The notes below the pieces were generated by a model. It saw only the letters and a list, made by a program, of their open reading frames with translations, had not been told where the DNA came from and did not search any database. From Candidatus Krumholzibacteriota bacterium (lineage in GTDB: Bacteria; Krumholzibacteriota; Krumholzibacteriia; JAJRXK01): a stretch of DNA of 64,000 nt. Shown one piece after another: positions 47,757-58,671 of the stretch. A program made the position numbers and the translations under genes. The stretch's first letter is position 1, and each line of letters begins with the position of its first letter. Location of the stretch: NCBI GenBank assembly GCA_963764625.1, contig CAVXTH010000005.1:224001-288000 (forward strand), given 5' to 3'.

Positions 47757-48890
47757 CTACGCGCTCCCCTTGGCGCTCTCAGAACCCAGAGCTTCCATGA
47801 ACGCGTGCGCGAAAACCAGTCCGACGTTCACGTTGACCGCGATGTCGTCGCGCGCCTTGAACAGAATTCGCGCGGCGCGTCCCGGATCCACGTCGAGTTC
47901 GCAGTGAACCCAGGCGGAAAGCCTTTGCATGAGCGCCTCGTTTTCCTGAAAACCCTCGCGCAGGCGAACCAGAGAGAGAAGATCGGCAACGAGAAAATCG
48001 ATGGTGCGCAGCGCGACGTCCCGCGAAGCGCTCAGGCTGGCATCGGTGAGCTTTGACCCCTTGCCTCCTTGCGGATCCTGACCCCGGGAGACTCTCTCCG
48101 CCCCTGCCAGAAGTTCGGCGCGTTCGGCCGCGAGGAGTCGTTCGAGCAGCGTTCTTGCCCACGAGGCCACCATGAGCGACTGGGGATCAATGAGATCCAG
48201 AGCACGTCGGGCGTTTCCACCGCTGACCGCCGCGATCTGCTCCGCCGCGTCCGCGTCGAGTCCGTGTCGTTGCGTCAGCCGCGTTCTGATTTCCTCCTCG
48301 GCGAAAGCGGGAACCCGTACCCGCGCGCAGCGGCTGCGCACCGTGGCCGGCAAGAGATGAGACTGATGGGAACAGAGCAGGAGCACGGCGGTGGGCGGCG
48401 GCTCCTCGAGCGTCTTGAGCAGGGCGTTGGCCGCGGCGCGGTTCATGCGGTGAGCATCCGCGAGGATCACGACTTTGTGAGGAGCTTCGAACGGAACCGC
48501 CTCGGCGAAGCGGCGCACGCGACGAATCGTACAGAAGCCGGGGTTGTCGACCTCGCCAATGGCGATGATGGCCGTGCTCGCCTGTCGAATGCGCGCCAAA
48601 GGTTCTTCCGCCTTGGCGTCGAGAATCTCCCGGTAAGTCTCCACTTTCAGATTGGCCTGCGCGGGAAACACGAAGAGAAGATCGGGATGCGACAAGCGCG
48701 CCACGCGATTGCGAGGGGCGTACTCATCTCTCTCCAGGAGAATCTCGGCCAGCGCCAGTGCGATCTCCTGCTTGCCCGAGCCCTCGGGACCCTCCAGAAG
48801 AACGCTGTTCGGCAGCTCACCGCTTTCGGCGGCTCGAGCGAGGCTCGCAAGTAGGGGACTGCGATCGAGAGGATTCCGGGCGCGGGTCAT
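47757..48890 (-). CDS. holB: DNA polymerase III subunit delta'
   Basis: GPEGSGK, HPDL, AANALLKTLEEP, TVRSRC (SRC motif); holB-tatD-rsmA synteny. Confidence 0.85.
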   Translation of the reverse strand: MTRARNPLDRSPLLASLARAAESGELPNSVLLEGPEGSGKQEIALALAEILLERDEYAPRNRVARLSHPDLLFVFPAQANLKVETYREILDAKAEEPLARIRQASTAIIAIGEVDNPGFCTIRRVRRFAEAVPFEAPHKVVILADAHRMNRAAANALLKTLEEPPPTAVLLLCSHQSHLLPATVRSRCARVRVPAFAEEEIRTRLTQRHGLDADAAEQIAAVSGGNARRALDLIDPQSLMVASWARTLLERLLAAERAELLAGAERVSRGQDPQGGKGSKLTDASLSASRDVALRTIDFLVADLLSLVRLREGFQENEALMQRLSAWVHCELDVDPGRAARILFKARDDIAVNVNVGLVFAHAFMEALGSESAKGSA

Positions 48891-48947
48891 GGCATCCTCT
48901 CAGGAAGAGGCGAGTTCGCGCAATGTACCGGACGAAGGAAGGGTCGG

Positions 48948-50159
48948 TCAGCGGCGGAACCAAGACCTGGGATCGACGGGGGTCTTCCCGTGCCGAATCT
49001 CGAAATAGAGCTGGCTACCATCGAGCGATCCCGTATCTCCCACTTCCGCGATCACCTCGCCGGATTGGACGCTGGCCGAAACCGCTGGGTAGATCTGCGA
49101 GCAATGAGCGTAGAGGGTGTACCAACTGTCGCCGTGGTTGACGATAATGCACTTACCATAGCCGGGCAACCAGTTCACGTAGTCCACCACTCCGGGCGCC
49201 ACGACGTGGATGGGGGCGCCCATGGTCGCCGCGATGTTGATTCCCCGGTTCACCACGACCGTTTTGAATCGCGGGTGAACGGAGCGACCGAAACCACGCG
49301 TGATGGTGCCCGCCACCGGCATGATGAGCTTCCCCTGCAGGAGCGGAAAGTTAGCGGAAACTACGGGTCCGCCGGCCCGGCCCTGCTTGTCCAGCTGCGC
49401 CATGAGGTCTTCGAGTTGTGAGGCCGAGCCCTCCAATTCCTCCACGGACGATTCCCAGTGCTTGCGCTCCTTCTTGATCTGATGGAGCTCTTTTTGTCTC
49501 TCTTCTCTCAGACTCGTCACTCGGGCCCTTTGCTGTTCAACCTGTCCGCGGTTCTGCTCGATCTGGGCCAGGTGCCCGGTCAGTTCTTGCTCCTGGTCCT
49601 TCAGGGCGACGCGATCCCGCTCCATGGTATCGATGAAATGGCGTTCCGCTCGCGCGATCGAGGTCATGGCGCGCATCTTTCGCCCCAAGTGGTTCAGCTC
49701 TCCGCTCGTTGCGAGCACCGCGAAAGTATTCTGGGTGCGGTACATGTACATGCGGCGCAGTTGCGTGGCCAGACGACTGCGGCGGAGCGTCATGTTCGAG
49801 TCGCGTTGCGCGATCTCGCGCTCCATGGCGTACACCTCACTCGCGAGATCGGCCTGGCGCGCAGTGAGTCCTTCGAGGAGTTCCTTCGTGCTGGCCGCCT
49901 CCTGCTCCAGCGCCTGCATGCGTTTCAGCTGTTGGCCTTCGTCCTGCGCCAACGAGTTGGCCTTGTTCCGCGAGCTCTTGATCTGGGCCCGCAGCCGTTC
50001 CAGCTCCTGCTGTTGATCGGTCAGGTTCGAATCGTTCTTGGTCTGGGCAAAGCCTGCCGCGGCGACCCCGAGCAGAACGACCAACGCCAGAGGTAGAAAG
50101 CCGAGAACGAATCGTCCCGTGCTTCGATGGTAAAGAGGAGTGAGACGCATGGTGATCAC
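48948..50159 (-). CDS. envC: Murein hydrolase activator EnvC family (coiled coil + degenerate M23)
   Basis: Signal/TM, long coiled coil, GINI...GYGKCIIVNHG...YTLYAH...LYFEIR; downstream of ftsEX. Confidence 0.88.
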   Translation of the reverse strand: MITMRLTPLYHRSTGRFVLGFLPLALVVLLGVAAAGFAQTKNDSNLTDQQQELERLRAQIKSSRNKANSLAQDEGQQLKRMQALEQEAASTKELLEGLTARQADLASEVYAMEREIAQRDSNMTLRRSRLATQLRRMYMYRTQNTFAVLATSGELNHLGRKMRAMTSIARAERHFIDTMERDRVALKDQEQELTGHLAQIEQNRGQVEQQRARVTSLREERQKELHQIKKERKHWESSVEELEGSASQLEDLMAQLDKQGRAGGPVVSANFPLLQGKLIMPVAGTITRGFGRSVHPRFKTVVVNRGINIAATMGAPIHVVAPGVVDYVNWLPGYGKCIIVNHGDSWYTLYAHCSQIYPAVSASVQSGEVIAEVGDTGSLDGSQLYFEIRHGKTPVDPRSWFRR

Positions 50160-51031
50160 AGTCGAAGATGACGCCGCAGCGCAGCCCCGCTACCCACGAC
50201 ACCCAGGAGGGTACTGAGAAAAATGAACCCCACGATTTGCCCACTCGCGAAGAAATAGACGCCACTGATCTCGCGTTCGAGCAGTCGATGGGCGATCAGG
50301 AGCAGAATCATCGCCAGCGCCCCGGCGGCGGCGCCCTGCAGCGCCCCACCGAGCAAGAACGGGGTTCGAATGAACCAGTTCGTCGCGCCAACCTGTTTCA
50401 TGATTTCGATGCTGCGCCCGCGCTCCTCCACCGTAAGCCGCACCGTGTTGGAGATGACGAAGATGGCCGAGACCAGAACCAACAGTCCCACGATCAGATC
50501 GACGACCTTGAAGACGCGGGTGAGATGATCGAGTCGGTGGACGGTGTCCACCTGAGAGACGACTTCATCCACCGAGGGAAACTGCCCCAGCACTCGGATG
50601 AGATCGTCCATCTTCGTGGCGTCTCGGGTGATGTTCTCGTCGAACTTCAGACGGAACGAATCCGGAAGCGGATTCTCGGCGAAATCGTCGAGCAAAGAGG
50701 CGTCATCCCCCAGATCGGCCCGGAATTGCGCAAGCGCCTTCTCCTTGCTCACGAAGTAGACCGATTTCACTCCGTACACGGCCAGCAACTCGTGCTGCAG
50801 AGTTTGTTTCTCTTTGTCCTGAATCCCGGGCTTGAGAAAGACCTCGGCGTCGATATCACCGCGTACCGACTGCAGAACCCCGTCGAGATTGATGGTGATG
50901 AGACTGAAGAGAGCGAGCATGAGCAGTGCGGAACCCATGATGAGCACCGCTACCGTGCCGCTGACCCGGCGTCGGGCCAGGCCGAGCAGGGCCTCGCGCA
51001 CGAAGTGTTTGAGCTGCGTCGTGCCGTACAT
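50156..51031 (-). CDS. ftsX: Cell division ABC permease FtsX
   Basis: VSKEKAL, NPLPDSF, ISNTVRL, IMKQVGATNWFIRTPF. Confidence 0.93.
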   Translation of the reverse strand: MYGTTQLKHFVREALLGLARRRVSGTVAVLIMGSALLMLALFSLITINLDGVLQSVRGDIDAEVFLKPGIQDKEKQTLQHELLAVYGVKSVYFVSKEKALAQFRADLGDDASLLDDFAENPLPDSFRLKFDENITRDATKMDDLIRVLGQFPSVDEVVSQVDTVHRLDHLTRVFKVVDLIVGLLVLVSAIFVISNTVRLTVEERGRSIEIMKQVGATNWFIRTPFLLGGALQGAAAGALAMILLLIAHRLLEREISGVYFFASGQIVGFIFLSTLLGVVGSGAALRRHLRL

Positions 51032-51897
51032 CAGCCCTTCTCCTCGCGGTCGACCTTGATGAGATTGCCCTCCCAGGTTTGGGGGGTGCGGGGTTGCGCG
51101 CCTTCTTTCAGCGGCTGGTAGGCCTTGTTCGCCACTGCCCGCTCCTCGCGCGAAACCTGGGGCCGATAGCGCTCGACATCAGCCACCACACGCCCATCTT
51201 CCAACTTCACGATGCGCTCACCGTACTGACGAACCATGATGTGGTCGTGGGTACACATGACGACCGCGGTTCCGGCCGAGTTGATGCGAAAGAGCAAGTC
51301 GATCACTTCCTGGCTGACCTCGGGGTCGAGATTTCCCGTGGGTTCGTCGGCCAAGAGGATTCGGGGGCTGTTTACGATGGCGCGCGCGATCGCCACCCGC
51401 TGGCGCTCTCCCCCACTGAGAGTGCGTACGTCTTGATTTCGCTTGTGATGGAGACCCACCCAATTGAGCACCCGGGAGACGTTTCGCTTGATCTCCGCGC
51501 TGTTGACTCCGACGACCATCTGGGCGAAGGCGATGTTGTCGAAGACACTCCGGTCGTCGAGCAGACGGAAGTCCTGGAATACGACTCCGATCTCGCGGCG
51601 TAGGCTGGGGATGCGTGCACGCTTCATGCGGCTGGATACGAACGACCCCACCACGACGCGCCCCTCGGTGGGAAACTCATCCATCGTGAGCAGCCTCAGT
51701 AGACTGCTCTTCCCCGCGCCCGACGGGCCGACCAGAAAGAGGAATTCGCCGTTCGCGACCTGGAGATTTACGTCGCGAAGCGCATAGTGCTCTCCGTAGC
51801 GGAGATCCGCGTGATAAATGGAGATGATGACCCGCGGATCCTGGGCGATCAGAGCGGGATCGATGTCCTCTCGCGGATGTTCGTGATTGGTATTCAT
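51031..51897 (-). CDS. ftsE: Cell division ATP-binding protein FtsE
   Basis: GPSGAGKS, IGVVFQDFRLL, LSGGERQR, LADEPTGNLDP, THD; adjacent to ftsX. Confidence 0.93.
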   Translation of the reverse strand: MNTNHEHPREDIDPALIAQDPRVIISIYHADLRYGEHYALRDVNLQVANGEFLFLVGPSGAGKSSLLRLLTMDEFPTEGRVVVGSFVSSRMKRARIPSLRREIGVVFQDFRLLDDRSVFDNIAFAQMVVGVNSAEIKRNVSRVLNWVGLHHKRNQDVRTLSGGERQRVAIARAIVNSPRILLADEPTGNLDPEVSQEVIDLLFRINSAGTAVVMCTHDHIMVRQYGERIVKLEDGRVVADVERYRPQVSREERAVANKAYQPLKEGAQPRTPQTWEGNLIKVDREEKG

Positions 51898-51913
51898 GAG
51901 GTTTTACCGGTAC

Positions 51914-51933
51914 CAAGGTGACATGTCACCTTG
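51914..51933. promoter_or_regulatory. Perfect 20-bp palindrome upstream of ftsE; candidate operator
   Basis: CAAGGTGACATGTCACCTTG is its own reverse complement; 16 bp from the ftsE ATG. Confidence 0.55.
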
Positions 51934-51959
51934 CACCATTGCAACAAGAAGGCCAGGTA

Positions 51960-53292
51960 TCACATCTTGATGTCGATGTAGAACTTCTCGCGGAGACCCT
52001 TCAAGAACTTCTTCAGCTCGACCTGGATCTTCTGGTCCTCTACGGCGTCGTGCAACTGGTCCTTTACCTCGTCATAGGTCATGACGTGGGCGGGGTTCTT
52101 GGCGTCCAGGCGGAGCACGAAATAGCCTGCCGTGCCCTTTATCGGCTTTCCCACGCCTCCCGGCTGCAGCCCCTGAAGGGCGTTTCGGAACGCGGGCGTG
52201 AGCTTTTCCAGGGGAAAGGTGCCCAGGACTCCGCCTTTCTCGCGACTGGTGGGATCGTCCGAATAATTCTTAACCAGCGTGGCGAAATCCCGACCCCCGA
52301 GGGCCTTCTCGTAGACCTCTTCGGCCCGGGCCTCGGCTCGGTCCCAATCCGCGTCGGTGATAGGAACCCTCAGCAAAATCTGGCTCAGAGTCACCTTGGT
52401 GTCGGTGCGCTCCATGACCTTCAGAATGTGGACTCCGAGTTCGGTCGTCACCGGGTCGGAAACCTGGCCGACCGGAAGGGTCCAGGCCATCTCTTCGAGC
52501 ACCGGATGGAACAGATCACCTTTGGCGAACGAACCCAAGAGCCCACCCCTGCCGGCATTGGGACCTTCGGAATATTTCTTGGCCACATCCTCGAAGCTCT
52601 GGTTGGCATCGAAGGCGGCATGGATGGCGTCCAACTTCGTCTTCAGGCTCTTCTGGGCTTTCTCCTCCGGCTGCGGCACGACCAGCACGTTGGACACCGT
52701 GATGGTCTCGGGCGAGCGGGGCACCTGGTCGAGATGATCCTGGTAGAACGAGCGCACTTCGTCCTCGCGAACCTCGATGAGGGGGCGAATGTGGGTCGAG
52801 ATCATGCGGCTGGTATAGAGCCGGTTGCGGATGAGATCACGATTGCGCGCTTGTAGATCGTCGAAAGTCATGCCGTTGCGGGCCAGTTCCTTCACCAATT
52901 CGGCTTTGGTGCCGAACCTGGAGATGATCTCGTCCAGACTCCGCGCCACCGCTTGATCGACTTCGTCGTCCTTCACTTCGACGCCGTCGAGCTTGGCCTG
53001 GGCCACCAGTAATTTCACGTCGATGAGACGATCCAACATCTCCTTGCGGATGGTGGCATCGTTCTCCATGGTCGAGTCACTCTGTTGCGACTGATCGAAC
53101 TTGTACGATTCGACTTCGCGCTCCAGATCGCTCGCGAGGATGGCTTCGTCGTCGACGACCGCCACGATGCGGTCCACCAGCTCCGGTCCCTGCGCCCTCG
53201 ACGGCACAGAGCGCGCTCCCAGACCCACCGCCAGCAGTAGGCACGATCAGAACGGCCCCGCGGCGTGGAGTCCGGTGCAAAAGGTCGGTCAT
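51960..53292 (-). CDS. surA: SurA-like chaperone with two parvulin PPIase domains; probable frameshift in the signal peptide near 53240
   Basis: VDRIVAVVDDEAIL; FEDVAKKYSEG...GGLLG; FATLVKNYSDD...GGVLG. The ATG at 53292 overlaps the upstream stop but is out of frame with ORF 51960..53228. Confidence 0.82.
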
Positions 53293-55054
53293 GAAGTCCC
53301 TTCCGCCGAAGTGTCAGTTTGAGCCGACTGAACTTTGAGATCCGCTTTCGCGAGGTTCTTCGGATAGGTCTTCACGTCGTATTCCTTGCGCCACGCTCCC
53401 ACTTTCTCCTGAAAGATCTTCTCGGAGGCTTCCGATTGGAGTTTGGCGCGCACGGACGCGAACACGTCCTTGAGTTCGACCTTCTGCGACGGATGGATGA
53501 GGTCGAGGCGTCCGATGCCCCAGGTGCCGTCCTTCAACTGCATCGGATCACAGATCTCGCCGATTTCGCTCTGTTGCCACAGCAACGGGGTGCGGGGATT
53601 GATGTTGATCTGCGCCACCGGCCCGAAATGAGCGCCCTTTTCCTCGGGCATCAAGCCCTCTTCGCCGTACTTCTCGGCCAGATCGCTCCAATCCCCCATC
53701 TTGGTGGCCTCCTTGCGCGCGGCGCGCACCTTCGCCTCGTCGTGATTCACGATCACGACTCCCTCGCGGAGCGGGGGCTTCTGATACTCCTGTTTATGCT
53801 CGTCCCAGTACTTCTGATACTGCTCGTCCGTGACCTTCACGTCGGGGGAGATGAGCTCGTTGTGGATCTTGGTGATGATGATCTGCTGCCGGCGAGCCCG
53901 CATCTCATCCTGTACCTCGGGACGATCGAAGTAACCTCGCGTGCGCGCCTCCACCGGCATGATCGCCTTGCTCGCGATTTGCTCGACGAAATTCCGCAGT
54001 CCGCCCAAGCGCTTGTCGCGCCGGGGACGGCCCAGCCAGGCTAACGCCTTGTAGTAGTCGTAGAAGCGGCGCAGATCCCAACTCTCGTCGTCCCAACTCA
54101 TGAGGACCTTGCCCATGTCGCCAGCGCTGGAGATTCAGGTCCGTCCACTCCTCCTTGGGGGGAACGGGAAGGAGCGGTTTGTCCTTGGGAAGTGAATCGA
54201 AGAGAATTTTCAACACGTCTTCGTTCAACTTGAAATTGTGTTTGGCGAAGACTTCCTTCGAAAATGCGATCGATTTGAGATTCAGAGCCTGAGTGTGCAC
54301 GCTCTGGCGAATCTTGTCCTTCATCTGTTCGTACGGGAGGCGCCTTCTGGTCTTGCGCTTCCCCTTCGAGGCGAATGAGGAAATAGCCGGCCGCGTTTTC
54401 GATCGGTTGGCTCAGCTCGTGCGACTTGAGCGCGAAAGCGGTCTTCTCGACATCGTCGGGAACAGTCCCGTAGCGCAAGGAGGCAGTCCAATCTCCACTG
54501 GGTCCGGGATCACCCGCGTCCAAGCGGCTCGCGACATCCGACCACCTCTCTCCTCCCGTGACCAAGTTCCTCGCCTTCTGGGCATCCTCTTCGGTGTCGA
54601 ACACCATGTAGGAGATCAAAAGGATGCGGCAGAAGTTCTTGTAATAGGCCTTCATCTCGTCTTCGGTGATCTCGTGGGAGTCCTTCACCAAGTCGGACTT
54701 CATGAGCCGAAGCGCCATATTCTCTTCGATCAGCTTCAGGGTCTTTTGGGTGCTTTCCTCTTCCCCGTACCCCAGCTCCTTGCCCTTTCTCTCCATCACT
54801 CTCTTGTTGATCATCGCGTCGAGAAAATCGCGCTTGCCCGAGTCGGTATTGATATCGACCGGGAGGGAGCTCGGGTTCATCGAGTTCACTTTTCTCTCGA
54901 ATTGTCCGAGCGTGATCGTGTCATCCCCGATGGTCGCCAGCGGAATCTTATTGTGGTCGGACTCTCCGCACGCAGCCAGAACGAGGGCCAGGATGACCGG
55001 TGCCAAAAGAACGAGTCCGCCGCGGCGCGAGGTATTTTGTGCAAGAGAAACCAT
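53289..55054 (-). CDS. Lipoprotein peptidyl-prolyl isomerase/foldase (PrsA/PpiD-like), split by frameshifts near 54336 and 54130
   Basis: LVLAA-C lipobox, LATIGDDTIT, LSQPIE...GYFLIRL; removing one C at each site joins the three ORFs (APPYEQMKDK; LNLSAGDMGKVL). Confidence 0.72.
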
Positions 55055-55139
55055 TTCTATCTCCTCACGGACGTCTCCGTGAATGTCAGAGGACTATCTT
55101 CGAATTCAGCGCCCTTGAAGAATGAATAGCGCGCTCGCT

Positions 55140-58100
55140 TCACTCGCGACCAGCCAGATGAGCCCTGGGGCTCGTCTTCGCGGTCGATTGAGATCCCACT
55201 TCGGCCAGCTTCTCCAGCACGACCAGGGAAGCCACCAGAGAGTCTTCCCGCGACGCCTCGACGGTCATTTCCAGTCGATCCACGGCGTTGAACGCCAGTC
55301 GCGGCATTTGGGTTCCGGCCAAGTTCGTTAGAATAGAGGCGTTCGGCCTGCTAGCGCCACCAAAAAGCATGCGCACGCCTCGCCGCACGCGCCGGATGTC
55401 TTCGACCCCGGCGCGCAGAGCCCGGAGCTTGATACGCGTGATATCCAGCAGATTCTGGGTCGGATCGGGCGGAGGGCCAAATCGGTCGCGCAACTCCTCG
55501 GCCAGATGATCCAGCGCCTCCTCGTCGACCACGCGGCCCAGATCGCGGTACCAGCGGATTCTCTCCTCGGGTTCGGGCAGATACTCGTCCGGCAGATACG
55601 CACCCACTTGCAGTTCGACTTTGATGTCGTGGAGACGGGGCAGACCCTCGCCCTTGAGTTCCAGGATCTCCTCTTCGAGGAGTTTGCAGTAGAGATCGAA
55701 GCCAATACTGGCGATGTGACCGTGCTGTGCTTCGCCCAGGATGTTGCCCGCTCCCCGAATCTCCAGATCACGCATCGCGATTCGATAACCACTACCCAGA
55801 TCGGTGTATTCCTGGATGGCGGCCAGCCGCTTGCGCGCGTCCGGAGCCAGGGTGGTTCCCGACGGGGTCATGAGATGCGCGTAGGCCAAGTGGCGGCTGC
55901 GTCCCACCCGTCCTCGCAGCTGATAGAGTTGACTCAGCCCGAGTCGATCGGCTCGATCGATGAGGATCGTATTGACGTTGGGCATGTCCAGGCCGCTCTC
56001 GATGATCATCGTGGTTACGAGGACGTCGTACTTGCGCGCCAGGAAGTCGCGCATGATCTGTTCGAGCTGCGCCTCTTTCATCTGGCCGTGCGCAATCGCG
56101 ATTCGCGCGTGGGGAACGATTCTTCCCACGACCTCCGCCATGGCGTCGATGGTCTCGACCCGATTGTGCACGAAGAACACCTGACCACCGCGGTGCATTT
56201 CCCTGAGGATGGCCTCCTCGATGATGTCCTCCCGATACGGCACGACTTCGGTGTGAATGGGCAGACGATCGCGCGGAGGAGTCGCAATGATGGACATGTC
56301 GCGAGCTCCCATGAGTGAGAGGTAGAGAGTGCGCGGAATGGGAGTCGCCGAGAGCGCCATCACGTCCACTTGCTTGCGCATTTCCTTCAGTCGTTCCTTG
56401 TGGCGCACTCCGAATCTCTGTTCCTCATCCACCACCAGAAGGCCGAGCTTAGCGAATTTCACATCCCGGCCCAGAAGTCGATGCGTTCCCACCAGGATGT
56501 CGATCTCTCCCTTTTGCAGTCTCTGTAGGGTTTCCTTCTGTTCCTTGCGCGATTTGAAACGGCTCAGGACCTCGATACGGACCGGAAATTCGCGCATCCG
56601 TTGCGAAAAAGTCTCTCCATGCTGCTCGGCGAGAATCGTGGTGGGACAGAGCATCGCGACCTGCAGACCACCCATCACCGCCTTGAACGCGGCGCGCATG
56701 GCGACTTCGGTCTTGCCGAATCCGACGTCGCCGCACACGAGACGGTCCATGGGTCGTGGAGACTCCATGTCTTTCTTCACCGCCTCCACCGCGGTCAATT
56801 GGTCCGGAGTCTCTTCGTGTAGAAACGACGCCTCCATCTCCTGTTGCAAGTGGGTGTCCTCCCCGAAAGGGTGGCCGGGCAGGGCGCTCCGCGCCGCGTA
56901 AAGAGAGAGCAGCTCCTGCGCCATGGCACGAATCGCTTTGCGCGCCCGCTTGCGCGTACGCTCCCATTGTCCGGATCCGAGTTTGTGAAGAGTGGGTTCG
57001 CCACTCTCACCGATCTCGTATCTCTCCAGGAGCAACAATTTGTCGGTGGGAAGGTACAGGCGGTCCTTGTCCGCGTATTCCAACAAGAGAAATTCGTTCT
57101 CGACTTCTTCGACCGTGAGCTTGCGCAATCCGAGGTATCGAGCGATTCCGTGTTCGGCGTGCACCACGAAATCGCCCGAGTGAAGGGTCTTGGGATCCTT
57201 GACGCGGGCCGAGCCATGAAAACGAGAGCGACGCGTGGGTCTCTGATAGCGATCGAAGAATTCATGGTCGGTATAGATGGCGAGTTCCGCATCGGGCCAG
57301 GCAAAGCCCGCCCGCAGACTGCCAACGCATAGCCGAGGGCGCGCCAGAGTTGCTTCGGGATCGAACTCTTCGAAGAGCTCGCCCATGCGTTCGGCCTGAC
57401 CCCGGTTTCCGCAGTAGAGAAGCACCTCCAGATCCTTCTCGCGCAAGGCCGCGGTTTCCCGCAGCAGCTTCTCCACCTCGCCCTTGCCGCGCTCCTGGGC
57501 ACGCATCTTCAATTGAAGGGCCGCCTGATCCGAAGGCGGCGCGAGAGGCGCGGGAGCGCTGCCGGGGAGCACGACCTCACCCAACCATGCCCGGTCCCTC
57601 GACTGAATCTCCCGCTCCAACTCCTCGAGCGTGGCCATGAGCTCCTGGGCGGCGGGAACTGGATCGCCGTGCGCGAGACGATCGCGCCGAACTCTCCGGG
57701 TCTCGCGATCCAATTCCTCGCTTCTCTTGGCCAGATCGTCGGGAGAGACGAACACGATGGCGGCATCGGTCTTCAGGTAGGAGAGCAGCGTGGCCAGTGG
57801 GTCAAAAAATGGCGCCAGAGTCTCGATCCCATCGAAGTGAAGCCTGTCCTGCAGCTTTTCGATGAGGTGGGTTCGATCGTCCGGCGAGAACTCCTCCATC
57901 GATTCCACCCGCGCCATGGCTTGCAACAGCGTATCGTCGTTCATCACGAACGGACCGGCGGGAAGGATCATAGCGCTCTCTAGTTCCGCGATGGACCGCT
58001 GGTCGGCCGTCTCGAAGCTTCGAATACTCTCCAATTCCTCACCGAAGAACTCCAGGCGCACCGGCAGCTCTTGTCCCGGGCTAAAGACGTCGATGATCCC

Positions 58101-58671
58101 GCCGCGCACCGCCATGTCACCCGGCGCTTCCGCCAGACCGGACGGCCGATATCGCGAGGGCGGCCAGCTTCTCCTGCAGCTCGTCGGTGTTCAAGCGTTC
58201 GCCGCGGCTCAGGATCAGGCGATGACGCTGCAATTGGGCCGACGCCATCACCTTGTGCCGAAGTCCATAGATCGTGGTCACGAAGAATCCTGGCACGCCG
58301 GAATCCAGCGCCTGCAGGGCGGATTGGACGTTCGCCAGAATCTCGCGCGTGGGAGAGCGGCGGTCGAAAGGGAGGATTTCCAGTTCCGGCAGGTAGGTGA
58401 CCGGAGCCGAACTCAGGGTTTCCAGGTCGTCGCAGATCGCCTCGGCTTCCTCCAAGCCCGCCGCCACGATCAACCACTGGGCTTCGCGCCGTGAATAGAA
58501 TGCGTTCAGAAGAAGGGAGATCGCGCTGCCCCGCACTCCCGAGGCAATGCAGGTGGCGGGGGAAGATCCTCGCGACTCCTCGGTGAACCAGGATCGCAAA
58601 CCAGGAATCGAGAGGATGCGGTCGAGTGCTTCCGGGGAGAGTTTACTGGCGGGTGACTCGCCCGCGTTCAT
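55140..58671 (-). CDS. mfd: Transcription-repair coupling factor Mfd, split by a frameshift near 58154
   Basis: PELEILPFD (N-part); VRGGIIDVF, VVHAEHGI, ETPDQ, GDVGFGKTEVA, VDEEQRFGV, SATPIPRTL, QLRGRVGRS, DLEIRGAG; removing one base gives LGYRPSGLAEAPGDMAVRGG. Confidence 0.92.

Noticed and set aside
53245-53250. In-frame TGA upstream of the surA ORF as a selenocysteine codon
   Set aside because: It lies in a signal-peptide region with no redox motif or evident SECIS; a frameshift from the ATG at 53292 explains it better
55065-55082. Hairpin TCACGGA-N4-TCCGTGA abutting the SD of the foldase gene (RNA thermometer?)
   Set aside because: The 7-bp stem only touches the edge of the SD and is likely to occur by chance at this GC content
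27044-58154. Programmed ribosomal frameshifting as the explanation for the split genes
   Set aside because: No consistent slippery heptamers or stimulatory structures were seen, and mfd and surA are not known to be recoded; indel error is simpler
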